NCBI GenBank assembly: GCA_025937235.1
Contig: JAICRU010000001.1
Span: 7,516 to 71,515, forward strand
Length of the DNA stretch: 64,000 bases
Reading direction: 5' to 3'
Source: Acidimicrobiia bacterium
GTDB taxonomy: Bacteria; Actinomycetota; Acidimicrobiia; Spongiisociales; ZC4RG35
Within the stretch, counting starts at the first letter, position 1. Each line of letters opens with the position of its first letter. A program made the position numbers and the translations under genes. The notes under the pieces were generated by a model. It was not told the DNA's origin. It saw only the letters and a list, made by a program, of their open reading frames with translations, and made no database searches. Positions 27,377-36,423 of the stretch are shown here, piece by piece.

Positions 27377-28456
27377 TCAGACCCCGGTGTCGAACGGTCG
27401 GGGCGATTGGAGGGCAGGGTCGAACAGCAGCTTTATCTGCCCGGCGTCACCTCGGGCCAACGGGATCAGGCCCGTCTCGACCACTTGGTCCAGCGGGTAG
27501 ACGTTGGGCGCCACGATGGCCCAGACGCCCGGGTCGGCGGCGAGCAGGTCCACGGCAATGGGGAGATCGGTTGCGAAGACATGTGCTTGGGTGCCGATGA
27601 GCTCCAGCTCGTCGAGGGCGACCTGCCTGAAGTCGACGGCCACCGGCTCCGGTTGATGCCCCACCACCACCAAGCGGCCATGATCGGCCACCAGGCTCAC
27701 CGCCCGGATCAGCGATTCGGGCCTGCCGGTGCACTCGAAGACGACGTCGGGTGGTTCCCCGTCGATTTCGTCGATGCCACCGGACGAGACATCGAGCGTC
27801 GTCGATGCTCCCAGACGTCCAGCGACCTCGAGACGTCTGGGGTCGATGTCGACCGCGGTGGCGGCGGCCCCGGCCGAGGCGGCCGCCCTCACGATGAAGG
27901 TGCCGATGCCGCCGACACCGATGACCACAACGCGCTCTCCTTCTGTGACGCGGCCCCGACGGATGGCATGGACTGCGATCGACATGGGCTGGGCGAGCGC
28001 GGCGAGGTCGGGGGTGATCGGGGAGCCGGCGAGGTTCAGGGCGGAGGAGACGGGGACAACCGCCAGTTCGGCCAGCCCGCCATCGCCGTGAAGGCCCACA
28101 GTCCAGTAGTAGATGCACAGATTGGTGGTCCCGGCGAGACACGGGGCGCAGGCACCACAGGAGACCCCTGCCCCTACGGCAACGAGGTCGCCCTGCTCGA
28201 ATCCGGAGACCTCGGGGCCTGTGGCGACCACCCACCCGGAGAACTCGTGGCCCGGTACGGTCGGGCCGAGATGCCCGCTATGAGGATGCTGGCCCTCGAT
28301 CGGGAAGAAATGGGGCTGGTGGACGAACTCGCCCACATCGGTCCCACAGATGCCGGCTGTCGCCACCCGCACCCGGATCTGGCCCGGTCCGGGCTCCGGC
28401 TCGGGTCGTTCCTCCAACCGGACGTCACCCGGCCCGTGATAGACGATCGCTTTCAA
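27377..28456 (-). CDS. Zinc-binding medium-chain alcohol/polyol dehydrogenase
   Basis: MKAIVYHGPGDVRLEE...CGTD...GHEFSG... (catalytic Zn site), structural Zn cysteines CGACAPC, and VIGVGGIG Rossmann motif. Confidence 0.85.
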   Translation of the reverse strand: MKAIVYHGPGDVRLEERPEPEPGPGQIRVRVATAGICGTDVGEFVHQPHFFPIEGQHPHSGHLGPTVPGHEFSGWVVATGPEVSGFEQGDLVAVGAGVSCGACAPCLAGTTNLCIYYWTVGLHGDGGLAELAVVPVSSALNLAGSPITPDLAALAQPMSIAVHAIRRGRVTEGERVVVIGVGGIGTFIVRAAASAGAAATAVDIDPRRLEVAGRLGASTTLDVSSGGIDEIDGEPPDVVFECTGRPESLIRAVSLVADHGRLVVVGHQPEPVAVDFRQVALDELELIGTQAHVFATDLPIAVDLLAADPGVWAIVAPNVYPLDQVVETGLIPLARGDAGQIKLLFDPALQSPRPFDTGV

Positions 28457-28529
28457 AGGCGCGTGCCTGTCATTCGCAGAGGACAGTACGTGGCATCAAG
28501 GGCCGCGGTTGGCGTGCATACTGGTCCGG

Positions 28530-29414
28530 ATGTCGATAACGAGACCCCACTCGGTCGGGTTCGTCGGACTGGGCCGCATGGGCTCCAGGATCGCCGCCAA
28601 TCTGGGCAGGGCCGGGCACCAGGTCACAGTGTGGAACCGCACCCGCGATGCGGCCGACGATTGGGTGGGGGAGAACGGCGGCGCGGTGGCGAGCAGCCTT
28701 CCCGACCTGGGAGCGAGCAGCGAGTTCATCATCACGATGCTGGCCGACGGTGAGGCGCTGGAGGCGGTGTACGACGATGGCGGACTGATCGATGGCATCG
28801 AGGGCAAGACCGCAATCGACATGGGCACTTCGGGGCCAGTGAGCTTCGAGCGGGTCAGGGCAAGGGTCGAAGGTGCGGGCGGAGTCATCATCGATGCCCC
28901 GGTCTCAGGCTCGATTGCGGCGGCCGAGGCGGCCACGCTGCTGATCATGGTCGGGGGCGGCGACGACGACTACGAGAAGGTGGAATCGGTGCTCGACTCG
29001 GTGGGCAACCCGGTACACGTAGGGCCGACCGGCTCGGCTGCGGTGCTCAAGCTGGCGGTCAACTCGGTGCTCTACGGTCTCAGCCAGGCCGTTGCCGAGG
29101 CCGTGGCCCTCGCCGAGATGTCGGGGGTAGCCCCCGAGACGACGATGGACATCCTCGCCAAGGGGGCGGCCGGCGCCCCGATGCTCACCTATCGCCGGGA
29201 GCAGTACCTCCACCCCGGCACCGCGCCAATCACGTTCACCGTTGACCTGGCTCGAAAGGACCTGGCACTCGCGTTGGAACATGCCCGGCGCGTCGGTGCT
29301 CCCACCGGGCAGTTGGAGCGGACTGCGGAGCTGCTCGACGACCTGATCGTCCGTGGCCTTGGCGATCGGGACATGGGGTACGTGGTGGAGGCGGCGCGAG
29401 GTCATCGCGGATGA
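28530..29414 (+). CDS. NAD(P)-dependent oxidoreductase, 3-hydroxyisobutyrate/6-phosphogluconate dehydrogenase-like
   Basis: VGFVGLGRMGSRIAANL dinucleotide motif and ...GSAAVLKLAVN.... Start at ATG 28530. Confidence 0.8.
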   Translation: MSITRPHSVGFVGLGRMGSRIAANLGRAGHQVTVWNRTRDAADDWVGENGGAVASSLPDLGASSEFIITMLADGEALEAVYDDGGLIDGIEGKTAIDMGTSGPVSFERVRARVEGAGGVIIDAPVSGSIAAAEAATLLIMVGGGDDDYEKVESVLDSVGNPVHVGPTGSAAVLKLAVNSVLYGLSQAVAEAVALAEMSGVAPETTMDILAKGAAGAPMLTYRREQYLHPGTAPITFTVDLARKDLALALEHARRVGAPTGQLERTAELLDDLIVRGLGDRDMGYVVEAARGHRG

Positions 29415-29434
29415 TCCAGATCGGCTGAGGGTCT

Positions 29435-30916
29435 TCAGCGTGGTGAGCTGACCATCTCCACCACTTCGGGCTTGATCGTCTTGCCCATGGGGTTGCGGGG
29501 GAGCGAGTCGGCGAAGTGGATCTCCTTGGGAACCTTGTGCGGTGCGAGCCGGGTCTTCAGCCAGTCTCTCAGCTCATCGCTCTCCATCGGGGTCGGCACC
29601 ACCACCATGGCCACCACACGCTGACCCCATTCCGGGTCGTCGACTCCCACGACAGCAACCTCACTCACCGCCGGGTGGCTCAGCAGCAGTTCCTCGATCT
29701 CGAGAGCGGACACCTTCTCCCCACCGGTCTTGAGGATGTCGACCGACGTCCTCCCCAAGATCCGGTAGCGGCCATCCTCGACCACAGCAGTGTCGCCGGT
29801 GCGGAACCAGCCGTCATCGGTGAAGGCTTCGGCCGTCTCCTCCGGTCGTTCCCAATACTCGACGAAAACCGTGGGCCCGCGTACCTGGATCTCGCCCGGC
29901 ACACCCTCGGCCGCCGACTCGCCGTCATCCCCGACGAGACGGACCTCGACCTGAGGCAATGGCATCCCCACCGACCCGGGCACGCGATCACCGCGATACG
30001 GGTTGGATAACCCCATCCCGATCTCGGTCATCCCATATCGCTCGAGCAGGGTGTGGCCCGACAGCTCCCGCCAACGCTCCAGCACCGGCACCGGGAGGGC
30101 CGCACTCCCCGAGACCATCAGACGCAGGGCGCTCACCCCTTCCCTGAAACGGGCCCGGTCCTCCGCGGAGGCCGTGTCGAGGTCGCCGATGAGCCGGTGG
30201 TAGATGGTGGGCACCGCCATGTACAGGGTCAGTCCGCCGTTCGAGAGCCGATCGACCACCTCGGCCGCGTCGAAGCCAGGGAGCATGTCGCATCGGGCGC
30301 CGCTCCAGAGGGCGCAAGCGATCACGTTGACGATCCCGTGTATGTGATGGAGGGGGAGGGTGAGCAGGATGCGGTCCTCTGCCGACCATTCCCATGCCTC
30401 GACGAGTGAGGCGATCTGGGCCTCGATGTTGGCGTTGGTGATCACCACACCTTTCGGCCGGCCCGTGGTGCCGCTGGTGAAGAGGATCATGGCCGGGCGC
30501 CTCGGATCGACCTTGGGGAGGATCACGGGTTCTGCGTCGACATCCTCAACGGCCAGCATCTCTATTTCGCGAGACCGGGCCAGGGGCCCGAGCAGGTCGG
30601 CGTACCGGTCGGAGGTGATGGCGATGCTGGGGCGAACCGTGTCGAGGACGTATTCCAGCTCCGGGGCGGGATGGGTGAGGCAGAGCGGCACCGCCACCCC
30701 GCCCGCCCGCCAGATCCCCCACTGGATACGGACGTAGTCGAAGGAAGGCTCGACCATGAACGCGACCCGCTCACCAGTGAGGTCGGCGGAACCGGCCAGG
30801 AGACGGGCCGCAGCGCGGGCCGAGCCTGTCAGGAGCTGGGCATAGGAAAAGGTCCCTGAGCGGTCCGCGACGGCGATGCGCTCGTCGAAGCCCGCAGCCC
30901 TGTCGATCAACTCCAC
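29435..30916 (-). CDS. AMP-binding acyl-CoA synthetase/ligase (malonyl-CoA synthetase-like)
   Basis: FTSGTTGRPKGV AMP-binding signature, ...YGMTE..., ...GDTAVVEDGRYRILGRTS... and ...PRNPMGKT.... Confidence 0.85.
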   Translation of the reverse strand: MELIDRAAGFDERIAVADRSGTFSYAQLLTGSARAAARLLAGSADLTGERVAFMVEPSFDYVRIQWGIWRAGGVAVPLCLTHPAPELEYVLDTVRPSIAITSDRYADLLGPLARSREIEMLAVEDVDAEPVILPKVDPRRPAMILFTSGTTGRPKGVVITNANIEAQIASLVEAWEWSAEDRILLTLPLHHIHGIVNVIACALWSGARCDMLPGFDAAEVVDRLSNGGLTLYMAVPTIYHRLIGDLDTASAEDRARFREGVSALRLMVSGSAALPVPVLERWRELSGHTLLERYGMTEIGMGLSNPYRGDRVPGSVGMPLPQVEVRLVGDDGESAAEGVPGEIQVRGPTVFVEYWERPEETAEAFTDDGWFRTGDTAVVEDGRYRILGRTSVDILKTGGEKVSALEIEELLLSHPAVSEVAVVGVDDPEWGQRVVAMVVVPTPMESDELRDWLKTRLAPHKVPKEIHFADSLPRNPMGKTIKPEVVEMVSSPR

Positions 30917-30917
30917 G

Positions 30918-31283
30918 TCAGTGGCTCCTGGCCCCGACGATCACGACGTTGCCATCGGGGTCGGTCACCCGGGCTGTTCGCTCCCCCCATGGCTGGTCGG
31001 CGGGTGGCTCCAACACCGGTGTCCCCGCCGCGGCCAAGGCATCGATCGTCGCGTCGCAATCCTCTACATACACCCACAGGGAGAAACGCTGCGTGCCATC
31101 TGCGTCCAGCTCCTTGTCCTCCCCGATTCCCACGTGGGAGGTGCCCAGATCGAGGCCGACGTAGACCGGTGCGCCTCCCTCCGGAAACCGATAGCCGACC
31201 ACGCCACCCAGCTTGTCGACGTAGAAGCCCATGGATCTGGGCAGGTCGGTTGTGGTGATGATCGGGAAGGCGGACTCGATCAT
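30918..31283 (-). CDS. VOC/glyoxalase-bleomycin resistance family protein
   Basis: About 121 aa: FPIITTTDLPRSMGFYVDKLG...WGERTARVTDPDGNVV. ATGA overlap with the upstream VOC gene. Confidence 0.75.
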   Translation of the reverse strand: MIESAFPIITTTDLPRSMGFYVDKLGGVVGYRFPEGGAPVYVGLDLGTSHVGIGEDKELDADGTQRFSLWVYVEDCDATIDALAAAGTPVLEPPADQPWGERTARVTDPDGNVVIVGARSH

Positions 31284-31669
31284 CGGAGCGGGGCGAACAG
31301 ATCGACCGCGTTGCCGTCGTGATCGAGCACCGTGGCGTAGCGCTGACCCCAAGGTGCGTCGAACGGGGCGAGGTGACCGTGGCCACCTTCTGCCAGCAGC
31401 TCCTCATAGAGCCGATCGACATCGCTGGCGTCTTCACACAGAAAGGCGAGAGCGCTGCGGTATCCGCCGCCGACGGGGGGCTGCCAGTCGGAGAACGACA
31501 TCACGGTGGCCTCGGTGTCGAGCATGACACGGAGGCCGCCCGGTCCCTCGGCCTCGGCGTGGACCTGGTCCGGATCGGCCAAGAAGTCGAGGCCGACCTT
31601 CTCATAGAAGGCGACGGCACGGGCCATGTCGGAGACGATGACGCCGATCGCGTCGAGACGGGGCATCAC
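31280..31669 (-). CDS. VOC/glyoxalase family protein
   Basis: LDAIGVIVSDMARAVAFYEKVGL...WGQRYATVLDHDGNAVDLF. Confidence 0.75.
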   Translation of the reverse strand: MMPRLDAIGVIVSDMARAVAFYEKVGLDFLADPDQVHAEAEGPGGLRVMLDTEATVMSFSDWQPPVGGGYRSALAFLCEDASDVDRLYEELLAEGGHGHLAPFDAPWGQRYATVLDHDGNAVDLFAPLR

Positions 31670-31699
31670 CTGATCTTAGGCAGCCGGCCAGCCCGGGTC

Positions 31700-32968
31700 T
31701 CAGACCGGTGACCACACCGCCATCTGGCCCGACGACACCCTCGACGGCTCATCGCCATCCAGGGGCTGGACCCAGATTCCAGCGTCCTCGAGGCTGCTCC
31801 CGCCGGCATAGACGAAGGCGCTGCTGTCCGGTGCCCACAGGGAGAGGCTCAGAGCGAACTGGTCGAAGTAGGCGAGGTACTCCCGCCCGAACACGCCCGT
31901 TGGCGAGAACGCCTGATGTGAAGTCGTTCGCTCACCGTCCCAGGTGTGCAGTCGCAGACGTTCGACACCATCGAGGAACTCGATAGTGGTGTAGAGGAGC
32001 TGGTCCCCGTCAGGGCTCCAGAACCACGCGACGTTGCGAGCCCGGGTGACTTCGACCAGGCTTCCGTCGGCTGCATCCACCACCACGAGCTGATCCGGCT
32101 CGATGATGGGCAGATCGGATTCCTCTACCTGCGACAGCTGCTGGCTTTCCGGCGAACCACGCATCATCACGGCGAGTCGTCCACGGATGTCGTCGACGAC
32201 GAACGCCATGGGGGTGGCATACCGAAGCAACTCTCGCTCGACCTCACCCTCCCGATTGGCTGTGGCCAATGCCTCGCCGATGTCCCGACCGGTCCCAAGC
32301 ACCACCGACTCACCCAGGTGGGCACCGAGCCTGAACTCACCGCTGACCGGCACCGGCGTTCGCCCTGAACCGTCGACTGCGACGTATCCGAACCTCTCTC
32401 CGACCCGGGCCAGCACCTCGGATCCCTCCGGGGCCCAATCGAAGTAGAGGGGGGCACCTTCCTCGATCACGGTCAGCTCGCCCTCTGGGTCGGCCACAAC
32501 GAGGAGGAGGTTTCCGTCCTCGGTGTTGCCGGTGATGGCGATGTGCTCTGAATCCGGGCCCCACGCGATGTACACCGCCTGGACGGGAGAGGGTCGTTCC
32601 ACGATGCCCGACCCGTCGGCGGCAGACATCATCAATAAGGTTTCCTGGTTGTCGCGGCGCTCGGTCCACGCCACCCGGCTGCCGTCAGGAGACCAGGTGG
32701 GCTGGGCCCGCTCGACGGCCGGATCGGGCTCGGCCAGAGTGACCTGGTCGCCCCCGTCGGGCCTAACCGTCATGATCCCGTCGTCCTCGTCCAACACGAG
32801 GAGACGGCCGGGGAGACCTCCTGTGACACCGGTCGTGGCTGTCGGGATCTCCACCGCCGCCTCGGGGAGGGACACTCGCTCGGGCTGCTCCGACCCGGTG
32901 CAGGCGAAGACCATCAAGACGACAGACAGAAACAGGGCCAGATGGGCTCTGGCGAGCCGTTTCCTCAC
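31700..32968 (-). CDS. PD40/TolB-like beta-propeller lipoprotein
   Basis: GTG 32968 gives the signal/lipobox VRKRLARAHLALFLSVVLMVFAC, followed by repeated W(S/A)PDG-type PD40 motifs (WSPDGSRVAW, WGPDSEHIA, WAPEGSEV, WSPDGDQLLY, WAPDSSAFVY). Confidence 0.7.
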   Translation of the reverse strand: MRKRLARAHLALFLSVVLMVFACTGSEQPERVSLPEAAVEIPTATTGVTGGLPGRLLVLDEDDGIMTVRPDGGDQVTLAEPDPAVERAQPTWSPDGSRVAWTERRDNQETLLMMSAADGSGIVERPSPVQAVYIAWGPDSEHIAITGNTEDGNLLLVVADPEGELTVIEEGAPLYFDWAPEGSEVLARVGERFGYVAVDGSGRTPVPVSGEFRLGAHLGESVVLGTGRDIGEALATANREGEVERELLRYATPMAFVVDDIRGRLAVMMRGSPESQQLSQVEESDLPIIEPDQLVVVDAADGSLVEVTRARNVAWFWSPDGDQLLYTTIEFLDGVERLRLHTWDGERTTSHQAFSPTGVFGREYLAYFDQFALSLSLWAPDSSAFVYAGGSSLEDAGIWVQPLDGDEPSRVSSGQMAVWSPV

Positions 32969-32978
32969 CGCGTCGAGT

Positions 32979-33401
32979 CTACGAAGGCCCTCCGGACTTG
33001 TATGCCTCCACCTGGCGGAGCACGCCGGCCGAGTCGAACCAGGCGTTCTCGTAGGCGATGAGCCCGTCGCGAACTCGGAACAGGTGGAGGAGTCGGATCT
33101 CCACCGGCGCTCCGCCACCAGCGACGCCGGCCCATTGCCCCTCGACATGTCCTGTGACGTTGGAGATGTCGAGGACCCATTCCCCGTCGGCGGAGGTGAA
33201 GCGGAGTGTGGAATCGAAATGCACGTCCGGGATGGCGGCGAGGATGTCGGTATAGACGGCCCCGACGGCCTCCTTGCCATGCACCGGGCTCAGGGGATGG
33301 GTCACGTCGTCCCAGACGATGTCGTCGGTATACGTGGCGAGCGTCGCCTCTACGTCATGGGCGTTCTCGGCGGCGAAATGTCGATCGACTATGTCCATCA
33401 C
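32979..33401 (-). CDS. SnoaL-like / NTF2-fold protein (ester cyclase-like)
   Basis: DRHFAAENAHDVEATLATYTDDIVWDD...IRLLHLFRVRDGLIAYENAWFD. Start is GTG 33401 or ATG 33398. Confidence 0.7.
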   Translation of the reverse strand: MMDIVDRHFAAENAHDVEATLATYTDDIVWDDVTHPLSPVHGKEAVGAVYTDILAAIPDVHFDSTLRFTSADGEWVLDISNVTGHVEGQWAGVAGGGAPVEIRLLHLFRVRDGLIAYENAWFDSAGVLRQVEAYKSGGPS

Positions 33402-33443
33402 GTGAACCTAATGCGCGTCATCCCGCCAAGCTGACGCGGTGGC

Positions 33444-34346
33444 TCACCCGTCGATTCCGGTCAGATGTCCGAGCTTGTCGGGGTTCACCACGGCTCGGAC
33501 CGCCTGGACCCTGCCCAGGGAGATGTCGACGGAGACCACTGCCACAGTCTCACCCTCCCGATCGTGCACCAGCGCCCCTGGCTGCCCGTTGACGTCGACC
33601 AGGCTCAGGCCCCACCCCTCGCGGTCGGCACGCGGGCTGAAGGCAGCGAGGAATCGGGCCGTCTCGGCCGCGCCCCGCAGAGGGTCTCTTCGCGCCGGTG
33701 CTTTGCCGCCTCCGTCGCCGTAGAGGACCACCTCTTCGGCGAGCATCTCGGCCAGGCCGTCGGTGTCGCCCTGCTCGACCGCAGCAAAGAACTTCTCGGC
33801 CAGCGCCCACCGCTTTTCGACCGACGTCTCGAAGCGTGGCTTGCCTTCCTGGACCTTCTCCCTGGCGCGAACGGCCAGCTGACGGCAGGCGGCCTCGGTC
33901 CTGCCGATCAGCTCGGCGACCTCGTCGTATCCGTAGCCGAAGACGTCACGAAGCAGGAGAACGGCCCGCTCCGGGGGGGTGAGCCTCTCCAGGAGGACGA
34001 GAAAGGCCATGGAGAGGCTGTCGGAGAGCTCGGCCTGTTGCTCGGGGTCGGTCGTGCGATCAGTGACGATCGGCTCGGGCAGCCATTCGCCGACGTACTC
34101 CTCCCTGCGGACTCGAGCCGAGCGGAGATGGTCGATGGCGAGACGGGTGACCACCGCACAGGCGTAGGCCCGTCGTGACTCGATCTCGGTGCCGCGATTC
34201 TCCGCGTCCTGCATTCGCAGATAGGTGTCCTGGACCAGGTCCTCGGCTTCGGTGACGCTCCCGGTCATCCGATAGGCGATCGAGAAGAGAAGCGGCCGCA
34301 AGGTTGCGTCGGTTTCGTCGGCTGCGGGGACGGCAAAGGCGGTCAT
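33444..34346 (-). CDS. ECF41-group (SigJ-like) RNA polymerase sigma factor with fused NTF2/SnoaL-like C-terminal domain
   Basis: Region 2 LLFSIAYRMTGSVTEAEDLVQDTYLRM, linker signature EYVGEWLPEP, region 4 ...RAVLLLRDVFGYGYDEVAELIGRTEAACRQL..., then a C-terminal extension of about 100 aa. Start set at ATG 34346 because a consensus promoter overlaps the longer ORF's start (34376). Confidence 0.85.
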   Translation of the reverse strand: MTAFAVPAADETDATLRPLLFSIAYRMTGSVTEAEDLVQDTYLRMQDAENRGTEIESRRAYACAVVTRLAIDHLRSARVRREEYVGEWLPEPIVTDRTTDPEQQAELSDSLSMAFLVLLERLTPPERAVLLLRDVFGYGYDEVAELIGRTEAACRQLAVRAREKVQEGKPRFETSVEKRWALAEKFFAAVEQGDTDGLAEMLAEEVVLYGDGGGKAPARRDPLRGAAETARFLAAFSPRADREGWGLSLVDVNGQPGALVHDREGETVAVVSVDISLGRVQAVRAVVNPDKLGHLTGIDG

Positions 34347-34356
34347 GACCCCCTGA

Positions 34357-34383
34357 GACGAGTCGGCAGCGTTCATTGTGACA
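34357..34383 (-). promoter_or_regulatory. ECF41-type promoter TGTCACA-N16-CGTC facing the sigma factor gene
   Basis: Minus strand reads TGTCACA (34383..34377), 16-nt spacer, CGTC (34360..34357). The in-frame ATG at 34346 follows 10 nt later. Confidence 0.6.
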
Positions 34384-34395
34384 CCGATCGGGCGT

Positions 34396-34422
34396 TGTCA
34401 CAGGGGTGGGTGGCATCTCGTC
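34396..34422 (+). promoter_or_regulatory. ECF41-type promoter TGTCACA-N16-CGTC facing the epimerase gene
   Basis: TGTCACA (34396..34402), 16-nt spacer ggggtgggtggcatct, CGTC (34419..34422). It lies 30 nt upstream of ATG 34453. Confidence 0.7.
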
Positions 34423-34452
34423 TTGGGTAGCGGCAAGAAGAAAGGAGATGAC

Positions 34453-35391
34453 ATGAGAGTCTTTCTCGCGGGTGCCACCGGAGCGATCGGGCAACGTCTG
34501 GTGCCGCTGCTGATCGATGCGGGTCATGAGGTGGTGGGAACCACCCGCACTCCGACGAAGGCAGACGGGCTGCGATTGGCCGGGGCTTCGCCCGTCGTCC
34601 TCGACGGAAGGGATGAGGAGGCGGTGAGACGGGCGGTCCTCGAAGCAGGGCCGGACGTCGTGGTCCACCAGATGACCTCACTGAGCGGCAACCTCGACAT
34701 GAGGCACTTCGCCGACAGCTTCGCCGATACCAACCGGCTCAGGACCGAGACCACCGATCATCTGCTGCAGGCGGCGCTCGAGGCTGGAGCCAGGCGTTTC
34801 GTCGCCCAGAGCTTTGCCGGCTGGCCCAACGAGCAACGTGGTGGGCCGATCAAGACCGAGGAGGATCCGCTGAACACGACGCCTCCGCCGGAGGTGAAGG
34901 AGACTCTCGACGCCATCCTCTATCTCGAGGCGGTGACTACCGGCACGCCGGGGATCGACGGTCTGGCCCTTCGCTACGGCGGTTTCTACGGGCCGGGCCA
35001 AGCCCTGGGCAAGGGCGGGGCGATGTTCGACGGGGTGTCTGCGCGTCGAGTCCCGATAGTGGGCCGGGGGACCGGCATTTGGTCGTTCGTCCATATCGAC
35101 GATGCCGCAATGGCGACTGCGCTGGCCGTCGACCGGGGGGCGCCCGGCGTCTACAACGTGGTCGATGATGAGCCGGCGCCGGTGTCCGAGTGGCTCCCTT
35201 ATCTGGCCGATGTGCTCGGCGCCAAGCCACCGCGAAGGGTCCCGGTCTGGCTTGCTCGGATGTTGGTCGGCGAGCCCCTGGTTTCGATGATGACCAGGAT
35301 CCGCGGCTCCTCCAACGCCAAGGCAAAGCGCGAGTTGGGCTGGATGCCGGAATATCCGTCCTGGCGAGAGGGATTCAGGGACGGGCTCTGA
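34453..35391 (+). CDS. NAD(P)-dependent epimerase/dehydratase-family (extended SDR) protein
   Basis: MRVFLAGATGAIGQRLVPLL Rossmann motif. AAGGAG SD upstream of ATG 34453; the longest ORF starts at 34378. Confidence 0.8.
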   Translation: MRVFLAGATGAIGQRLVPLLIDAGHEVVGTTRTPTKADGLRLAGASPVVLDGRDEEAVRRAVLEAGPDVVVHQMTSLSGNLDMRHFADSFADTNRLRTETTDHLLQAALEAGARRFVAQSFAGWPNEQRGGPIKTEEDPLNTTPPPEVKETLDAILYLEAVTTGTPGIDGLALRYGGFYGPGQALGKGGAMFDGVSARRVPIVGRGTGIWSFVHIDDAAMATALAVDRGAPGVYNVVDDEPAPVSEWLPYLADVLGAKPPRRVPVWLARMLVGEPLVSMMTRIRGSSNAKAKRELGWMPEYPSWREGFRDGL

Positions 35392-35476
35392 CGCTCCAAT
35401 CCGCGCATCCCCTGTCTCCGAAGAAACCTGTCCGGGCCCAGGTTGTACGTTGTCGCCATGGGAGCCCGCAAACGGC

Positions 35477-36337
35477 TCACGTTGGATAGCTCGTGTCATG
35501 TGCCGGGACATACTCGGCCAAATCGATCCCGAGCTGTACTCCGGGCATCAAGATTCGGTCGCCTAAGGGCGCGGGGAGCTCTGCCACATAGGGGGTGTCG
35601 GGATTGCCGGGGCAAGTGAACGCCGTCCCCGGTGGCGTCTCGGCGGCAAATGCCATGAAGACCTGGGTCTCGGTCATGACTATCTCGGGAGGCAGAAGAC
35701 GGTCGCGAATCTCCCGACCGTCGACGCATTCCACCTCGTTCAGTACCACACCGATCTCGGTGGACTCCTCGGTCAGCGGCGGGCGCGCGGGGTCCAGGAT
35801 CCATGTGACCGCGTTGATCGATTCGGGGTAGACGAACTCGAGCAAGCAGTGGTCCCCGCCTCCGGACGAACCAGCCCATCGCCAACCAGAACCGTCGTTG
35901 GAGACGTTCATGAAGCTCAGGGATCCTTCCACCTTCACCACCAGCAAGACCTCTTCGTGCGTTTGGTGGAGAACATGCCACCCCTCCTGGGGCCAATATT
36001 GACCTTCCTCACTATCGAGAAACGGCTCGATCGCCTCGGTCACCCCGCCCGGATCCACCTGGTCCAGCGGTTCGATCCCGGCGAGGGCGCTCAGGGGGAA
36101 CGGGCCCGATCCACCACACGTCACCTTGAGGTCGGGTGGATACTCGCCCGCGTCGTCGGGCGGGACGATCACCCCCAGATCGCCTACCGAGATCACTCCG
36201 GCCCGCGGGGCGGAGATCGAGGAGCTGGCGGTGGTTGTGTTCGAGAGGCTGGTGGAAGGAGTCGACCCGGATCCGATCGACTCGCCGCAGGCCGCGACAA
36301 CCAAAACCATCGCCAGGGTGACGGCCTTTCTCTTCAC
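35477..36337 (-). CDS. Hypothetical secreted lipoprotein
   Basis: GTG 36337 gives VKRKAVTLAMVLVVAAC (lipobox), then a Ser/Thr linker. No family recognised. Lies directly downstream of nrdJ on the same strand. Confidence 0.5.
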   Translation of the reverse strand: MKRKAVTLAMVLVVAACGESIGSGSTPSTSLSNTTTASSSISAPRAGVISVGDLGVIVPPDDAGEYPPDLKVTCGGSGPFPLSALAGIEPLDQVDPGGVTEAIEPFLDSEEGQYWPQEGWHVLHQTHEEVLLVVKVEGSLSFMNVSNDGSGWRWAGSSGGGDHCLLEFVYPESINAVTWILDPARPPLTEESTEIGVVLNEVECVDGREIRDRLLPPEIVMTETQVFMAFAAETPPGTAFTCPGNPDTPYVAELPAPLGDRILMPGVQLGIDLAEYVPAHDTSYPT

Positions 36338-36423
36338 CGGGTTGAGACGGGGTTGGGTACGTCCGCGGTTGCCGTTGACTTTGCCTGATATCGGTGGCGA
36401 CGAACCCACCGACATCAAGCAGA

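Noticed and set aside
32969-33280. Upstream extension of the 526-aa ORF 31700..33280.
   Set aside because: It overlaps the SnoaL-like gene in another frame. GTG 32968 yields a proper signal peptide and lipobox, so the extension is treated as non-coding for this gene.
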